In this document: positions 50,541 through 59,479 of the stretch, one piece after another | Numbering within the stretch: position 1 is the stretch's first letter | How the letters are laid out: each line of letters opens with the position of its first letter | IMG/VR virus record: IMGVR_UViG_3300027996_003878 | Direction: 5' to 3' (one strand) | Source: a virus | Taxonomy: Duplodnaviria; Caudoviricetes | DNA length: 64,000 nt | Notes under the pieces: model-generated | Database searches by the model: none | Seen by the model: the letters and a program-made list of their open reading frames with translations, nothing else | What the model was told of the DNA's origin: nothing | Program-made: the position numbers and the translations under genes

Positions 50541-53500
50541 TTACAACCAGGCATATTCTATTGAAATATAGCCGTTTAATTCAAAATTTATTAATTCAAG
50601 CACAGGATCTGTTCCTGGAAAATCTAACTGTAAAACAACATAAGGTTTTTGTACCGAATTAACAATGTAGTCTTTGTTTCCGGGAACTACTGACAAGGAG
50701 CCAAAGGCCGGAGAAACTACAACAATTGTATTTGTTAACGTAGGCTCGCCTTGTGTGGCCAACTTTAATGTAGCCCCTAAACTTTGTCCCGGCGTATTAG
50801 TCGTAAACTGTAAATTATTCTGCCTGACTGCAACAACGTAAGTATTATATGGCAATGCTTCATTTAGGGGCAGTGCCCAATAGTAAGATCTAGGGCTATT
50901 TGAAACATTTTGTAATATTGGAAGGTCTACATTTGCAAATAAAGTAACTGTATTACTACTAGCTACAACAGAGCTAGCAACATTAAAGGCAGGCGCAAAC
51001 GTGGTGTCGCCAAAAACAAATGCAGCAGCCGGTGTGGCTCCGTTATCTCCAGACCCCCACATTCCATGATATACACTGGCATTAAAATAGTCAGTTTGAT
51101 TTTTATTGCGCTCAACAACCCAAGAGCTGCTGAAATCCTGCACTAAACCAACATCGCCGCCGGCTTCAAAAAATCTATCATCAAAAGTATTGTCTTTAAT
51201 CCAGCCTGAACCAGATGCTGCGGTTACTTGAATGTAGCCTTCTTTCAGATCAACCAAGCTATGAGTTGATCTATCACGCCTCGAAAACATATTTCCGCAA
51301 ACAAGAGCCTCAGAATAAGCACCCGCCAAAGTTGATGGTTGATTATCAATCAAAATATTATTAACACCAAAATTAACTGCACTAGCAACACCTTCATCAT
51401 TTTGCATGTTTAATAAGTTATCCTGGATCAACAAAACTGAACCACTAACTATTAAACTTTCTGCACTGTTGGGCGGAGGTGCCGCTAGCCCCGCACCAAC
51501 ATTAACCACAGTAATGTTATTATTTGAAACAAAAATTGGAGATAACGACCTTCCGTCAGTAAATGCTGATGTATAATTATCTAAGTAGACACCTGTGTAT
51601 TGATCTATTGTAGTCAAAGATGTAACATACATCGGCTGAAGAGCGTTACATTCAACTTGATTTTCAGAAAAATTTATCTTACATTGTTCAGCATAGACCT
51701 GAACAACGCCTACTCCAGAATAATTTGTTATATTTTCAGTATGCGACGGATACCTTAAGGTTGTCCCTGCTCCACCGGCACTATAGTTAGATGATATAAA
51801 ATTATTACCGTAAATATTTATACACGGATTAAAGTCATCTGGAGTTATCTGACTTCTAAAAGAGATATCAACATCTAGCATTGTCAAATTCTCTCCAGTG
51901 GCGGCACCTCCTGATGCCCCTCTTGTAATAAAGTCATTACCAACAATATTTAGACCTGATGAGTCAGGAAGAAGACTAAATACATTCGATCCTCCGAATT
52001 GAAGTGGAAAGATGCAGTTTAAAAACCTGGAGCTAGAAACCGTTGCCTTCTCTAACGGAGCTACAAATAATGATGGTAATACAAATTCATCACCACTAGC
52101 TGCATCAATAATTTTTTGGTAAGGGCCATTGACGCGACAATTAAGCATTAATAGATCGCGAGCTTGCAAAAGTACAAACTTTTCAAAGCCACCCGGAATC
52201 GTTAACCCAGGATTAACAGGGGCCAAGGCGGTGAAGTCACTTGTAACCGAGATCTGGCAATTATCCATAAATGCGTGGACATTATTAGACGCATCATCAA
52301 TAAAGAAATAGTGCTGGTGGTCTGCAATTGGAGAGGCTTGAGATATTGGCTCTTCAGCTAAATTCAACACACAATCTCTTAAAATTATATTAGAGGAATC
52401 GTAAACTCCACCATTAACATAACCAATTGAAGCGATCTGACCAATGCCTCCCACATAACCACCACCTCTAACTACGCACTTTTGTACAAGCACCTCATCA
52501 GCGGTAGGTAGCAAAAGAGACATATTGTCATTCCAAGGAGCACCAGCTACAGGTTGCTTGTAAAAATTACAATTATTTACAATAATTGATTTTCTATCAT
52601 CAATCGATGGAGCTGGCATGGGCTCAACATAAAGAGTGCAATCTTCAAAAGAACAATCATCAACGTATATAGAACTATTCTGACCAAGATTAACATTCAC
52701 AGAATGAAAGTTTGCGCTTGCCCCGTCTGTTTGAAATCGAATAGATTTAAGATAACTACCGACAGAGAAAAAACGATTTCCAATAAGATCTGTTGCAACT
52801 GAAGAAATATTTAAACTTAAAATAGGATAACTTGATTCAGTTGATTTATTACCAATAAAACTATAATTTTTACCACCAACTCCAGTTGTTACAGTGTAAG
52901 TTCCCGTATTGACAATAACAGTTGTTGGATATTCAACATTGATATTTAAAAGCAAATCAATTGCATTAGGTCCAAAAAAATCACCAGAAGGATTATCAAT
53001 AGAGTCGCCGCCAACAACTACATACCAATCATTGTGAACGGTATTTCCCCAGTTATTTCCCGTCTGGACTGCTATAACATCCTCAACCACATTAACAAAA
53101 AATGTACTTTTGTTTTGAGGTAAACTAGAAGAAGGTGTGCCTGAATTTCCAGACAGGGCCAGGCGAACATCTGTCCCACCCGCTCCTAAAGTGGATAGAT
53201 AATAGCAATACCTCACAGTTGAGTTGCCGCCACTATCAAAGCCAACATGATAGTTGTTAGTTAAAGTGGCATTACACAAACTAAAAGTTACAAAAGAGTT
53301 TAAAGCCGGATCAATGCTAACCCCGTCTTCAACTCCAAATGTTCGAGCACGACAACTATCAACAGTAAGAAAGTCAATATCACCATTGCCAGGAGAGAAG
53401 TCTACAGCAATTTGCATTGCATCAAAAAAACACTGCCTCATCCTTAAATGAGAGGATCTTGCACTTACTCCGGTATAACCTACTGCTCTAAGAGTCTTTG

Positions 53501-54239
53501 CTCTACCAGCTACAGCTCCATAATTAATTCTTCCAATAAATTTCACATAATCGCATGTAAGATCAGATCCGACCTCACATTGAATCATGGGAACGGTAGT
53601 CATTGTAGAAATAGGATCTCCACCGCTCGTGACATTTCCATCTAAATTGTCAGCAATTATTAAATTAATAAATTTACAGGATCCAGGTTCGCCAACCTTT
53701 AGATCTAACTCACCACCACCACTATCTCCACCTATTGTAGTAGAAGTGGTATTTTCAGATATTAAGAATATAGGATTCTCTGAAGTCTCACCAACAATGA
53801 TTGTTCCATCAACCTCTCCCATAACAGAAATTCCATTAGGAACTGTTATGGTTTGTACCACAGCATACTTGCCCGCTTTAACAAGTATCCATCCACCATT
53901 CAGCAGCTTAGTATCAGCCGCAGCCGCATCAAATGCATCTTTGAACGTAGGATAATCTGTTGTAAATGCATTAAAATCACCTGGATTATCTGTAGTACCA
54001 ATACTTACAAAACTACCACCGCCTAATTTACTGACATAATCCGCTAAAAGCTCTAATGTACCTTGAACGTTAGGATGATAAAATTCGTTATTTAAAACAG
54101 TTAAAGGAGGCTCCATATCAATGTCCGGTGCGCCATGGCGAAAATCTTCACCACGATAATGAACATTGAAGTCCTGCTTGTGTACGGCTAAAAACCCACC
54201 TTCTTTTAACCGACCTGATCCTATAAATCGCTTTGCCAT
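50541..54239 (-). CDS. 1232-aa beta-helix tailspike-like protein
   Basis: GGWILVKAGKY...ITVPNGISVMGE is a typical pectate-lyase-superfamily start, followed by multiple beta-helix repeats. Confidence 0.65.
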   Translation of the reverse strand: MAKRFIGSGRLKEGGFLAVHKQDFNVHYRGEDFRHGAPDIDMEPPLTVLNNEFYHPNVQGTLELLADYVSKLGGGSFVSIGTTDNPGDFNAFTTDYPTFKDAFDAAAADTKLLNGGWILVKAGKYAVVQTITVPNGISVMGEVDGTIIVGETSENPIFLISENTTSTTIGGDSGGGELDLKVGEPGSCKFINLIIADNLDGNVTSGGDPISTMTTVPMIQCEVGSDLTCDYVKFIGRINYGAVAGRAKTLRAVGYTGVSARSSHLRMRQCFFDAMQIAVDFSPGNGDIDFLTVDSCRARTFGVEDGVSIDPALNSFVTFSLCNATLTNNYHVGFDSGGNSTVRYCYYLSTLGAGGTDVRLALSGNSGTPSSSLPQNKSTFFVNVVEDVIAVQTGNNWGNTVHNDWYVVVGGDSIDNPSGDFFGPNAIDLLLNINVEYPTTVIVNTGTYTVTTGVGGKNYSFIGNKSTESSYPILSLNISSVATDLIGNRFFSVGSYLKSIRFQTDGASANFHSVNVNLGQNSSIYVDDCSFEDCTLYVEPMPAPSIDDRKSIIVNNCNFYKQPVAGAPWNDNMSLLLPTADEVLVQKCVVRGGGYVGGIGQIASIGYVNGGVYDSSNIILRDCVLNLAEEPISQASPIADHQHYFFIDDASNNVHAFMDNCQISVTSDFTALAPVNPGLTIPGGFEKFVLLQARDLLMLNCRVNGPYQKIIDAASGDEFVLPSLFVAPLEKATVSSSRFLNCIFPLQFGGSNVFSLLPDSSGLNIVGNDFITRGASGGAATGENLTMLDVDISFRSQITPDDFNPCINIYGNNFISSNYSAGGAGTTLRYPSHTENITNYSGVGVVQVYAEQCKINFSENQVECNALQPMYVTSLTTIDQYTGVYLDNYTSAFTDGRSLSPIFVSNNNITVVNVGAGLAAPPPNSAESLIVSGSVLLIQDNLLNMQNDEGVASAVNFGVNNILIDNQPSTLAGAYSEALVCGNMFSRRDRSTHSLVDLKEGYIQVTAASGSGWIKDNTFDDRFFEAGGDVGLVQDFSSSWVVERNKNQTDYFNASVYHGMWGSGDNGATPAAAFVFGDTTFAPAFNVASSVVASSNTVTLFANVDLPILQNVSNSPRSYYWALPLNEALPYNTYVVAVRQNNLQFTTNTPGQSLGATLKLATQGEPTLTNTIVVVSPAFGSLSVVPGNKDYIVNSVQKPYVVLQLDFPGTDPVLELINFELNGYISIEYAWL

Positions 54240-54370
54240 GTATTAATATCCTGCCTTAAGGTCCTGAAATACATAATTAAAACTAAAAAAAATACAATAA
54301 ATTAGTTCAATAACATATTAAAATATGAGTTGAATGTTTTTTTAATTCAACCAAATTAAAACAAAGCAAA

Positions 54371-55978
54371 TTACAAGATAATTTTATGAGTATGTCCTAG
54401 TACCTCTTGAACAACACCGTTTATAACTGGGTGATTGTGGTCTTGAGATATTGAAGTTGTTTGATTGATTTGAACCAATGATACAATCCCCTCATTGACA
54501 ACAACTTCATGAGTGTGCGGTAATATACCTCCAGGACCACTAACCATACCTATTGATGTAACTATTTTTTCGGGAAACTTTGAAGTGTCATAGATAGAGT
54601 TAACTTGATAAATAGGATCTGTCTTTCGAACTCTCTGAGCAGTAAACTTTTGCCCGCCAGAAAAACTATTTATCAATTTATTCCTGGTTACTTTTGTAAT
54701 TTCATATCTAAACTCTTCAGTCCCATCTTCATTAAATCTTATAATATAATCTCTGTCTTTAATAGCGGGAACAACTAAAGTCCAACATTCAGGAATTAAA
54801 ATAGATTCTAAGCCGCCTTCATTGGGAGCTAAGTCTTCGTCTGTCGCACCAAATCTGACTAAAATTCTTCCGTCACTTCTTCTTGGGTTGAAAAACTGAT
54901 CGAATCCAGAAACAAAACCTGTGCCAGCACAATATGGACAACGATCATCTGGATATTCAGTGGTAGCTACATAACAACTACAAGTAATATCTGTCCTCAT
55001 CCTTCTCAAAAGAACACATGGCTCACCGGTAACCTCCAACAAAACCTCTTGTCTTCTATGGTTTTCAGATTGAAGTGGAACTCCTCTTATCATTCTTCCA
55101 ACGCCTAAATATCCATCAGCGCAAAACTGCTCGCCGCCATAATATGTACCTATACACTTTCCCTCAAGCATGGCAACCGGATCGGTTCTATGCCATCCGG
55201 TATAATCATATGCCGGAAAATCTTGCTGAGAGGCATCGCTAGCACTTAAATCTGATGTTAAAATATCTTTAGTTCTAACTCGATAACCATCAGCGTTAGT
55301 CCGAGGAAAATTAGGATAAGTAAAACTTGCAGTCGCTTGAAATGCAACTACATTCGTATCTTCAATTCCCTCCCAAAAATAAACAATTGGATCTTGAAAG
55401 ACACGACCATCATATCCGTCAACATTATGTGGCCGAGCTGTAGTGTTTAGAAATCCCCTGTTTACAAAAGGATCTGTAACAATTAAAGATCCTGTAGGAA
55501 TATCCTTTGATGTATACCTTATTAACTCAGTCCCTATTTTTATAATTCCATATGCAGGAAACTCATTTATATCTGCAATAGGAATAATCGTATCAAACTC
55601 TGAAATATTACTGGTTAAAACTGTTTCTGGATAAATATGTAAATCGCCATCTTTTGGCAAAAGAGACAAGTTATACCAACTAGGATCATACTCTGTAGCT
55701 TTTACACCAAAATAATAAGTCTTTCCCGGCGTGAATCCAGAAATAGAAGCCGCAAAATACCCATCCCGAACAGACACATACTTAACACCCTCAGAAAAAA
55801 CATCATCTCTTACTGAAGAATAATAAATATTATAGGCAATATTATCTCCGTCAACCTTTGCAAAGGCCTGATTCCATTCAATTGAGATAGTATAGCCATC
55901 CCCCTTATTTGAAGCTGCTTTTATACCTCGATTAGAATGAGGTACGTATACAGGTATTCTGTCATTTAAACAGGGCAT
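54371..55978 (-). CDS. Neck/head-closure-like protein with N-terminal FN3-like domain, Cys4 motif and C-terminal HxH repeats
   Basis: ISIEWN..AYNIYYS..TYYFGVKA (FN3); CSC...CPYCAGTGF; HTH, HNH and HTH near the C-terminus; five DGY. Confidence 0.55.
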   Translation of the reverse strand: MPCLNDRIPVYVPHSNRGIKAASNKGDGYTISIEWNQAFAKVDGDNIAYNIYYSSVRDDVFSEGVKYVSVRDGYFAASISGFTPGKTYYFGVKATEYDPSWYNLSLLPKDGDLHIYPETVLTSNISEFDTIIPIADINEFPAYGIIKIGTELIRYTSKDIPTGSLIVTDPFVNRGFLNTTARPHNVDGYDGRVFQDPIVYFWEGIEDTNVVAFQATASFTYPNFPRTNADGYRVRTKDILTSDLSASDASQQDFPAYDYTGWHRTDPVAMLEGKCIGTYYGGEQFCADGYLGVGRMIRGVPLQSENHRRQEVLLEVTGEPCVLLRRMRTDITCSCYVATTEYPDDRCPYCAGTGFVSGFDQFFNPRRSDGRILVRFGATDEDLAPNEGGLESILIPECWTLVVPAIKDRDYIIRFNEDGTEEFRYEITKVTRNKLINSFSGGQKFTAQRVRKTDPIYQVNSIYDTSKFPEKIVTSIGMVSGPGGILPHTHEVVVNEGIVSLVQINQTTSISQDHNHPVINGVVQEVLGHTHKIIL

Positions 55979-56066
55979 TTAAGATTAAACCTCCAAATAA
56001 ATAATATATTATTATGCTAAAGTAGCGCTAGCGAATCTAATTTTAAAATATCATATAGTAATAGAT

Positions 56067-56573
56067 TTAATTAATTTTAGATGATATTTGCAATAAATCT
56101 TTCTTTCTTTTTCCTCTCTCTTTTTTCGGGGCTTTATGATAATCTAAAACTTTATCTACATATTGATTAGCAACACCCTCGCCATACTCTTCAGACAAGT
56201 ATTCAGTTTGTGCTCGAAATCCTTCTTGCTCAAACTTGTTATCAAGATAATTTCCATCAGAAGCGCTCTGAGTCGGACCATCTCCAAAGCATTGCTGTAA
56301 AACATGCATAATCTCATGAACCATATAATGATCATCTGATTCAAAATCATCATCATTTAACAATGAATAGTTAAAATAAATAATGCCATGATCAGTTCTC
56401 GCTGATACGTCTAAGTCAGCAAAAGTCATTGGTATGTAATCAATTAAATTGATGTCCACTCCTGCCTCTTCAAACATACCTTTTACAGTATCGCTTTTTT
56501 TTATTCTTTGTCGAACTTTATCTATCAACTCAAGAAGTTCTTTGTGAGTTTTATGTTTAAGACTTGACCCCAT
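56067..56573 (-). CDS. HExxH zinc-metallopeptidase-like protein (DUF4157-like)
   Basis: ARTDHGIIYF...VHEIMHVLQQ...FEQEG. Confidence 0.6.
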   Translation of the reverse strand: MGSSLKHKTHKELLELIDKVRQRIKKSDTVKGMFEEAGVDINLIDYIPMTFADLDVSARTDHGIIYFNYSLLNDDDFESDDHYMVHEIMHVLQQCFGDGPTQSASDGNYLDNKFEQEGFRAQTEYLSEEYGEGVANQYVDKVLDYHKAPKKERGKRKKDLLQISSKIN

Positions 56574-56631
56574 TATAACTATATAAATAAATATACCAAG
56601 AACTTGAGTTACAGATATGAATACTTAAAAG

Positions 56632-57210
56632 TTATAAATACAAACCTAAAGCTTTGGATACTGATTGCTCAATCGTCTCCTTATTGTAACCAACAATATA
56701 ACCCTTAACCTTCATATCTCTGCCTATCACAACAAATGTTGGCCAACCGCGAACTCGCCAGCCATCATGCCCTTTTGTCTTAAGCAAAGCATAACTTCCC
56801 AGCAATACAGGCTCTTTTATCTTAAACCCCTCCGCCCAATGCTTAAGATATTTTTGATTTAGAGGAGACCACCCATCACCATCGGCAAGTATAGTCAAAT
56901 ATGAAAAGCCATATCGCTTATACTTATTTCTAGTAGATGTGACATCTTTAGCGGCAATTTTACAGACATAGCACCAGCCCGCGCTAAAATCTAATAGGAT
57001 GACCTGCCTATAATGTTTATATAGAGAGAGGGTATTTCCATTTTGGTCTTGCAGCGTGAAATCACAAGCAATATCCCCCACTTCATATCCACATCTATCT
57101 GACTCAAACTCATAATTATTATCATAATTAAAATTATTGAAATAATTTGAGCTGCATCTAGATAATAAAATAATAAAAAATAAAGTAAAAAATAATTTAA
57201 TTAAATTCAT
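56632..57210 (-). CDS. TlpA/ResA-like thioredoxin-fold oxidoreductase with signal peptide / possible lipobox
   Basis: Hydrophobic N-terminus ending LSRC; DFTLQDQNG; LDFSAGWCYVCK (CxxC); GWPT cis-Pro loop. Confidence 0.8.
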   Translation of the reverse strand: MNLIKLFFTLFFIILLSRCSSNYFNNFNYDNNYEFESDRCGYEVGDIACDFTLQDQNGNTLSLYKHYRQVILLDFSAGWCYVCKIAAKDVTSTRNKYKRYGFSYLTILADGDGWSPLNQKYLKHWAEGFKIKEPVLLGSYALLKTKGHDGWRVRGWPTFVVIGRDMKVKGYIVGYNKETIEQSVSKALGLYL

Positions 57211-57246
57211 AAAGTCCTTAAATAAATAGTAAATTATTATAATTGA

Positions 57247-57591
57247 CTAGATACTAAAAGACTCACCGCAGCCGCAAGAAGATCTGCTATCAGAATTAAC
57301 AAATTCAAACCCTTGATATTTTAAAGTTTTTTTCCAATTTAAAACAACACCATTTAAAAATAAAATACTTTTTTTATCACAGTAAACATAAAAATTTTTA
57401 CTATTAAATTGAAATTCAAAAACAATATCTTTATCTGTCGCACTTTTATCATCAAATTCAATGATATAACGAAAGCCGGAGCAGCCCCCACCCTTTACCC
57501 CGACTCTTAAAGCGCCCGAATTTCTTTCTTCCAGCTTTTTAGAAACCATTTCAATAGCTGATTCAGTTAAATTAAAAGTATACTCATTCAT
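57247..57591 (-). CDS. iscA: A-type Fe-S carrier protein (IscA/HesB family)
   Basis: LRVGVKGGGCSGFRY and CGCGESF. Confidence 0.92.
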   Translation of the reverse strand: MNEYTFNLTESAIEMVSKKLEERNSGALRVGVKGGGCSGFRYIIEFDDKSATDKDIVFEFQFNSKNFYVYCDKKSILFLNGVVLNWKKTLKYQGFEFVNSDSRSSCGCGESFSI

Positions 57592-58474
57592 TTTTGCTTT
57601 CTAGTAACCCTAACGCTTTTTGTTTGTTTTTATAATTATTAATCGCTGACTTAATTGCATCTTCAGCAAGAACTGAACAATGTATCTTGACTGGGGGTAA
57701 ATTCAACTCATCAACAATATCTATATTTTTAATGCTTTCAGCTTCTTGCAAGGTTTTACCTTTTAACCATTCAGTGACTAAGGAACTAGACGCTATAGCA
57801 GACCCGCATCCAAAAGTTTTATACTTGGCATCTTCAATTATGCCATCATCATTTACCTTAATCTGAAGCCTCATGACATCACCACAATTGTGAACAAATA
57901 TCCCCTTATGCTCGCTATCTGAAACTTTAGTTATAATAGAAAAATTTGATAAAGGCTCTACTGTTAAACAATAAACATCGCGCCTACCTGCCGGAATCAC
58001 TTCAATCACCTTAGGGCTAGAGCTGAATATTTCTTGCTTCAACATTCCCTTTTCAAAGCTTCGCGTAAATGGCATTAATCTTATATTTTTAGAATCAGCC
58101 GCTTTAACCCACCGGTTAGCTATATCACTTCTTGTCCTTATTAAATGATCCGTAGTACATTCAAGGAATGAGCCATTATCTAAAATCAACTTTACGCACT
58201 CAGCGCTCTCTTTTGTTAATCTGGGCAAATATCCATTAGAAATAACCACACCATCGTCATCTGAATAAGAATAAACAGAGGTATTTTTTTTTAATTCAGA
58301 TAATTGTTTTATTGAAATAACATCTTTATTTCGAGGCACTGCAACTAAAGTATCGCCAACAAGGCAAGCCGGAGAGCCAACCAAACCTGTACCAACATTA
58401 GAGTTATCTTTATCTAAAGTACCAACATTTCTTGGATTTTCAAAATGATCAATTACCTTTTTTGAATAGCTCAT
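57584..58474 (-). CDS. iscU: Fe-S scaffold IscU containing a 160-aa intein (136 aa after splicing)
   Basis: YSKKVIDHFENPRNVG...GSPA | intein | CGDVMRLQIKV...TFGCGSAIASSS...LPPVKIHCSVLAEDA. All three Cys ligands, the Asp and LPPVK are present. Confidence 0.95.
   Translation of the reverse strand: MSYSKKVIDHFENPRNVGTLDKDNSNVGTGLVGSPACLVGDTLVAVPRNKDVISIKQLSELKKNTSVYSYSDDDGVVISNGYLPRLTKESAECVKLILDNGSFLECTTDHLIRTRSDIANRWVKAADSKNIRLMPFTRSFEKGMLKQEIFSSSPKVIEVIPAGRRDVYCLTVEPLSNFSIITKVSDSEHKGIFVHNCGDVMRLQIKVNDDGIIEDAKYKTFGCGSAIASSSLVTEWLKGKTLQEAESIKNIDIVDELNLPPVKIHCSVLAEDAIKSAINNYKNKQKALGLLESKNE
57887..58366 (-). mobile_element. Class 1 mini-intein without a homing endonuclease
   Basis: Block A CLVGDTLV, block B CTTDH, block F DVYCLTV, block G FVHN followed by Cys+1. 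Confidence 0.93.
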
Positions 58475-58511
58475 TTGGATATATATTAAACTATTCCTTT
58501 AAATTTAATTA

Positions 58512-59414
58512 TTAAAACAACTGACGCGCACGCAAATGACGAAGTCTTGCTATAGCTGGATTGCGTGATGCAGCGACAGTGAGTGTCCCCAAGCCCTTGG
58601 GAGAGGGTTTCATATTAAACTTGATAAGTTTAAGCTTCTCAAAGTGATTCTGTAACTCAGATCCATACTGAGAGTTTAACATATCTGAAACACTTGGCGG
58701 ATTAAAGTTAATCCCATTATCAGTAATGGTAAACTCTCTGCCTCTCTCAATTAGTGCTTTACTCGATAGCGCATGAATTACAGCACCTTGAACAATAATA
58801 TCGTGAAATTGATCAATAATCTGCGTATGATCAAATCCAAAAAAAGTAAAATGAGGTATTTCATTAAACATAGTTAATGAATTAGCCAAAAAAGTGACTA
58901 ATGTATCTACAGTGTAGATATCACAGTCAACATAAATTTCATTGCCAAACTCATCTTTACTTTTTGACTTACCCGAGCTGTTTAGCCGAGCTTTCAAAGT
59001 CTTTAAAAGCTTATTTATGTTTTGGATAGCAATTTGACTATAATTAAAGCCAGGATCGTCTCCCAGATGAACATATCCATCTGTATTAATTTGTGGCATC
59101 TGAGTATTCTGTACAACGAAATTAAATGATCCTGACACATTGAATCCATTTAATACGCCGTCCCAAATATCATTCCAAACACCCAACGAGGAGTTTAGTC
59201 CTATAGTAAAATCATAACCATAAAGACCTTCACTTAATCTATAAATACCAATACTTGTAGCAGCTAGCGCTACATTTCCACTTGGCTGTACTATTGTAAT
59301 TGTAGGAAATGCATCAAGATCTTTCGGATTGCCGTCTGAGCCTTTAAACAATGCTCTTAACTGAACAGTTTCAGTATAACCTACAACTTCTCCACGTGAT
59401 CGAAATACACTCAT
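58512..59414 (-). CDS. Head-tail adaptor/neck-like protein with N-terminal Ig-like domain
   Basis: N-terminal beta-sandwich (RLSEGLYGYDF..GVWNDIW) and a helical C-terminal part; contains DGY. Confidence 0.45.
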   Translation of the reverse strand: MSVFRSRGEVVGYTETVQLRALFKGSDGNPKDLDAFPTITIVQPSGNVALAATSIGIYRLSEGLYGYDFTIGLNSSLGVWNDIWDGVLNGFNVSGSFNFVVQNTQMPQINTDGYVHLGDDPGFNYSQIAIQNINKLLKTLKARLNSSGKSKSKDEFGNEIYVDCDIYTVDTLVTFLANSLTMFNEIPHFTFFGFDHTQIIDQFHDIIVQGAVIHALSSKALIERGREFTITDNGINFNPPSVSDMLNSQYGSELQNHFEKLKLIKFNMKPSPKGLGTLTVAASRNPAIARLRHLRARQLF

Positions 59415-59479
59415 AAAAACCTAAAAAAAAATAAATAATTCAAAAATATATTGAATTAATCATAAATTCAATTTTAATA

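Noticed and set aside
11815-56573. Bacterial eCIS/tailocin locus rather than a phage
   Set aside because: It shares CIS-tube and DUF4157-like features, but the G/GT frameshift chaperone, neck/adaptor genes, holin-like gene, intein and absence of an Afp15-type ATPase favour a phage. Not fully excluded because head genes are outside the window.
57887-58366. Homing endonuclease inside the IscU intein
   Set aside because: Only 160 aa, with no LAGLIDADG or HNH motif.
54329-59458. Short 7-bp inverted repeats (gttgaat/attcaac at 54329-51; aattcaa/ttgaatt near 59437-57)
   Set aside because: AT-rich and weak, indistinguishable from chance.
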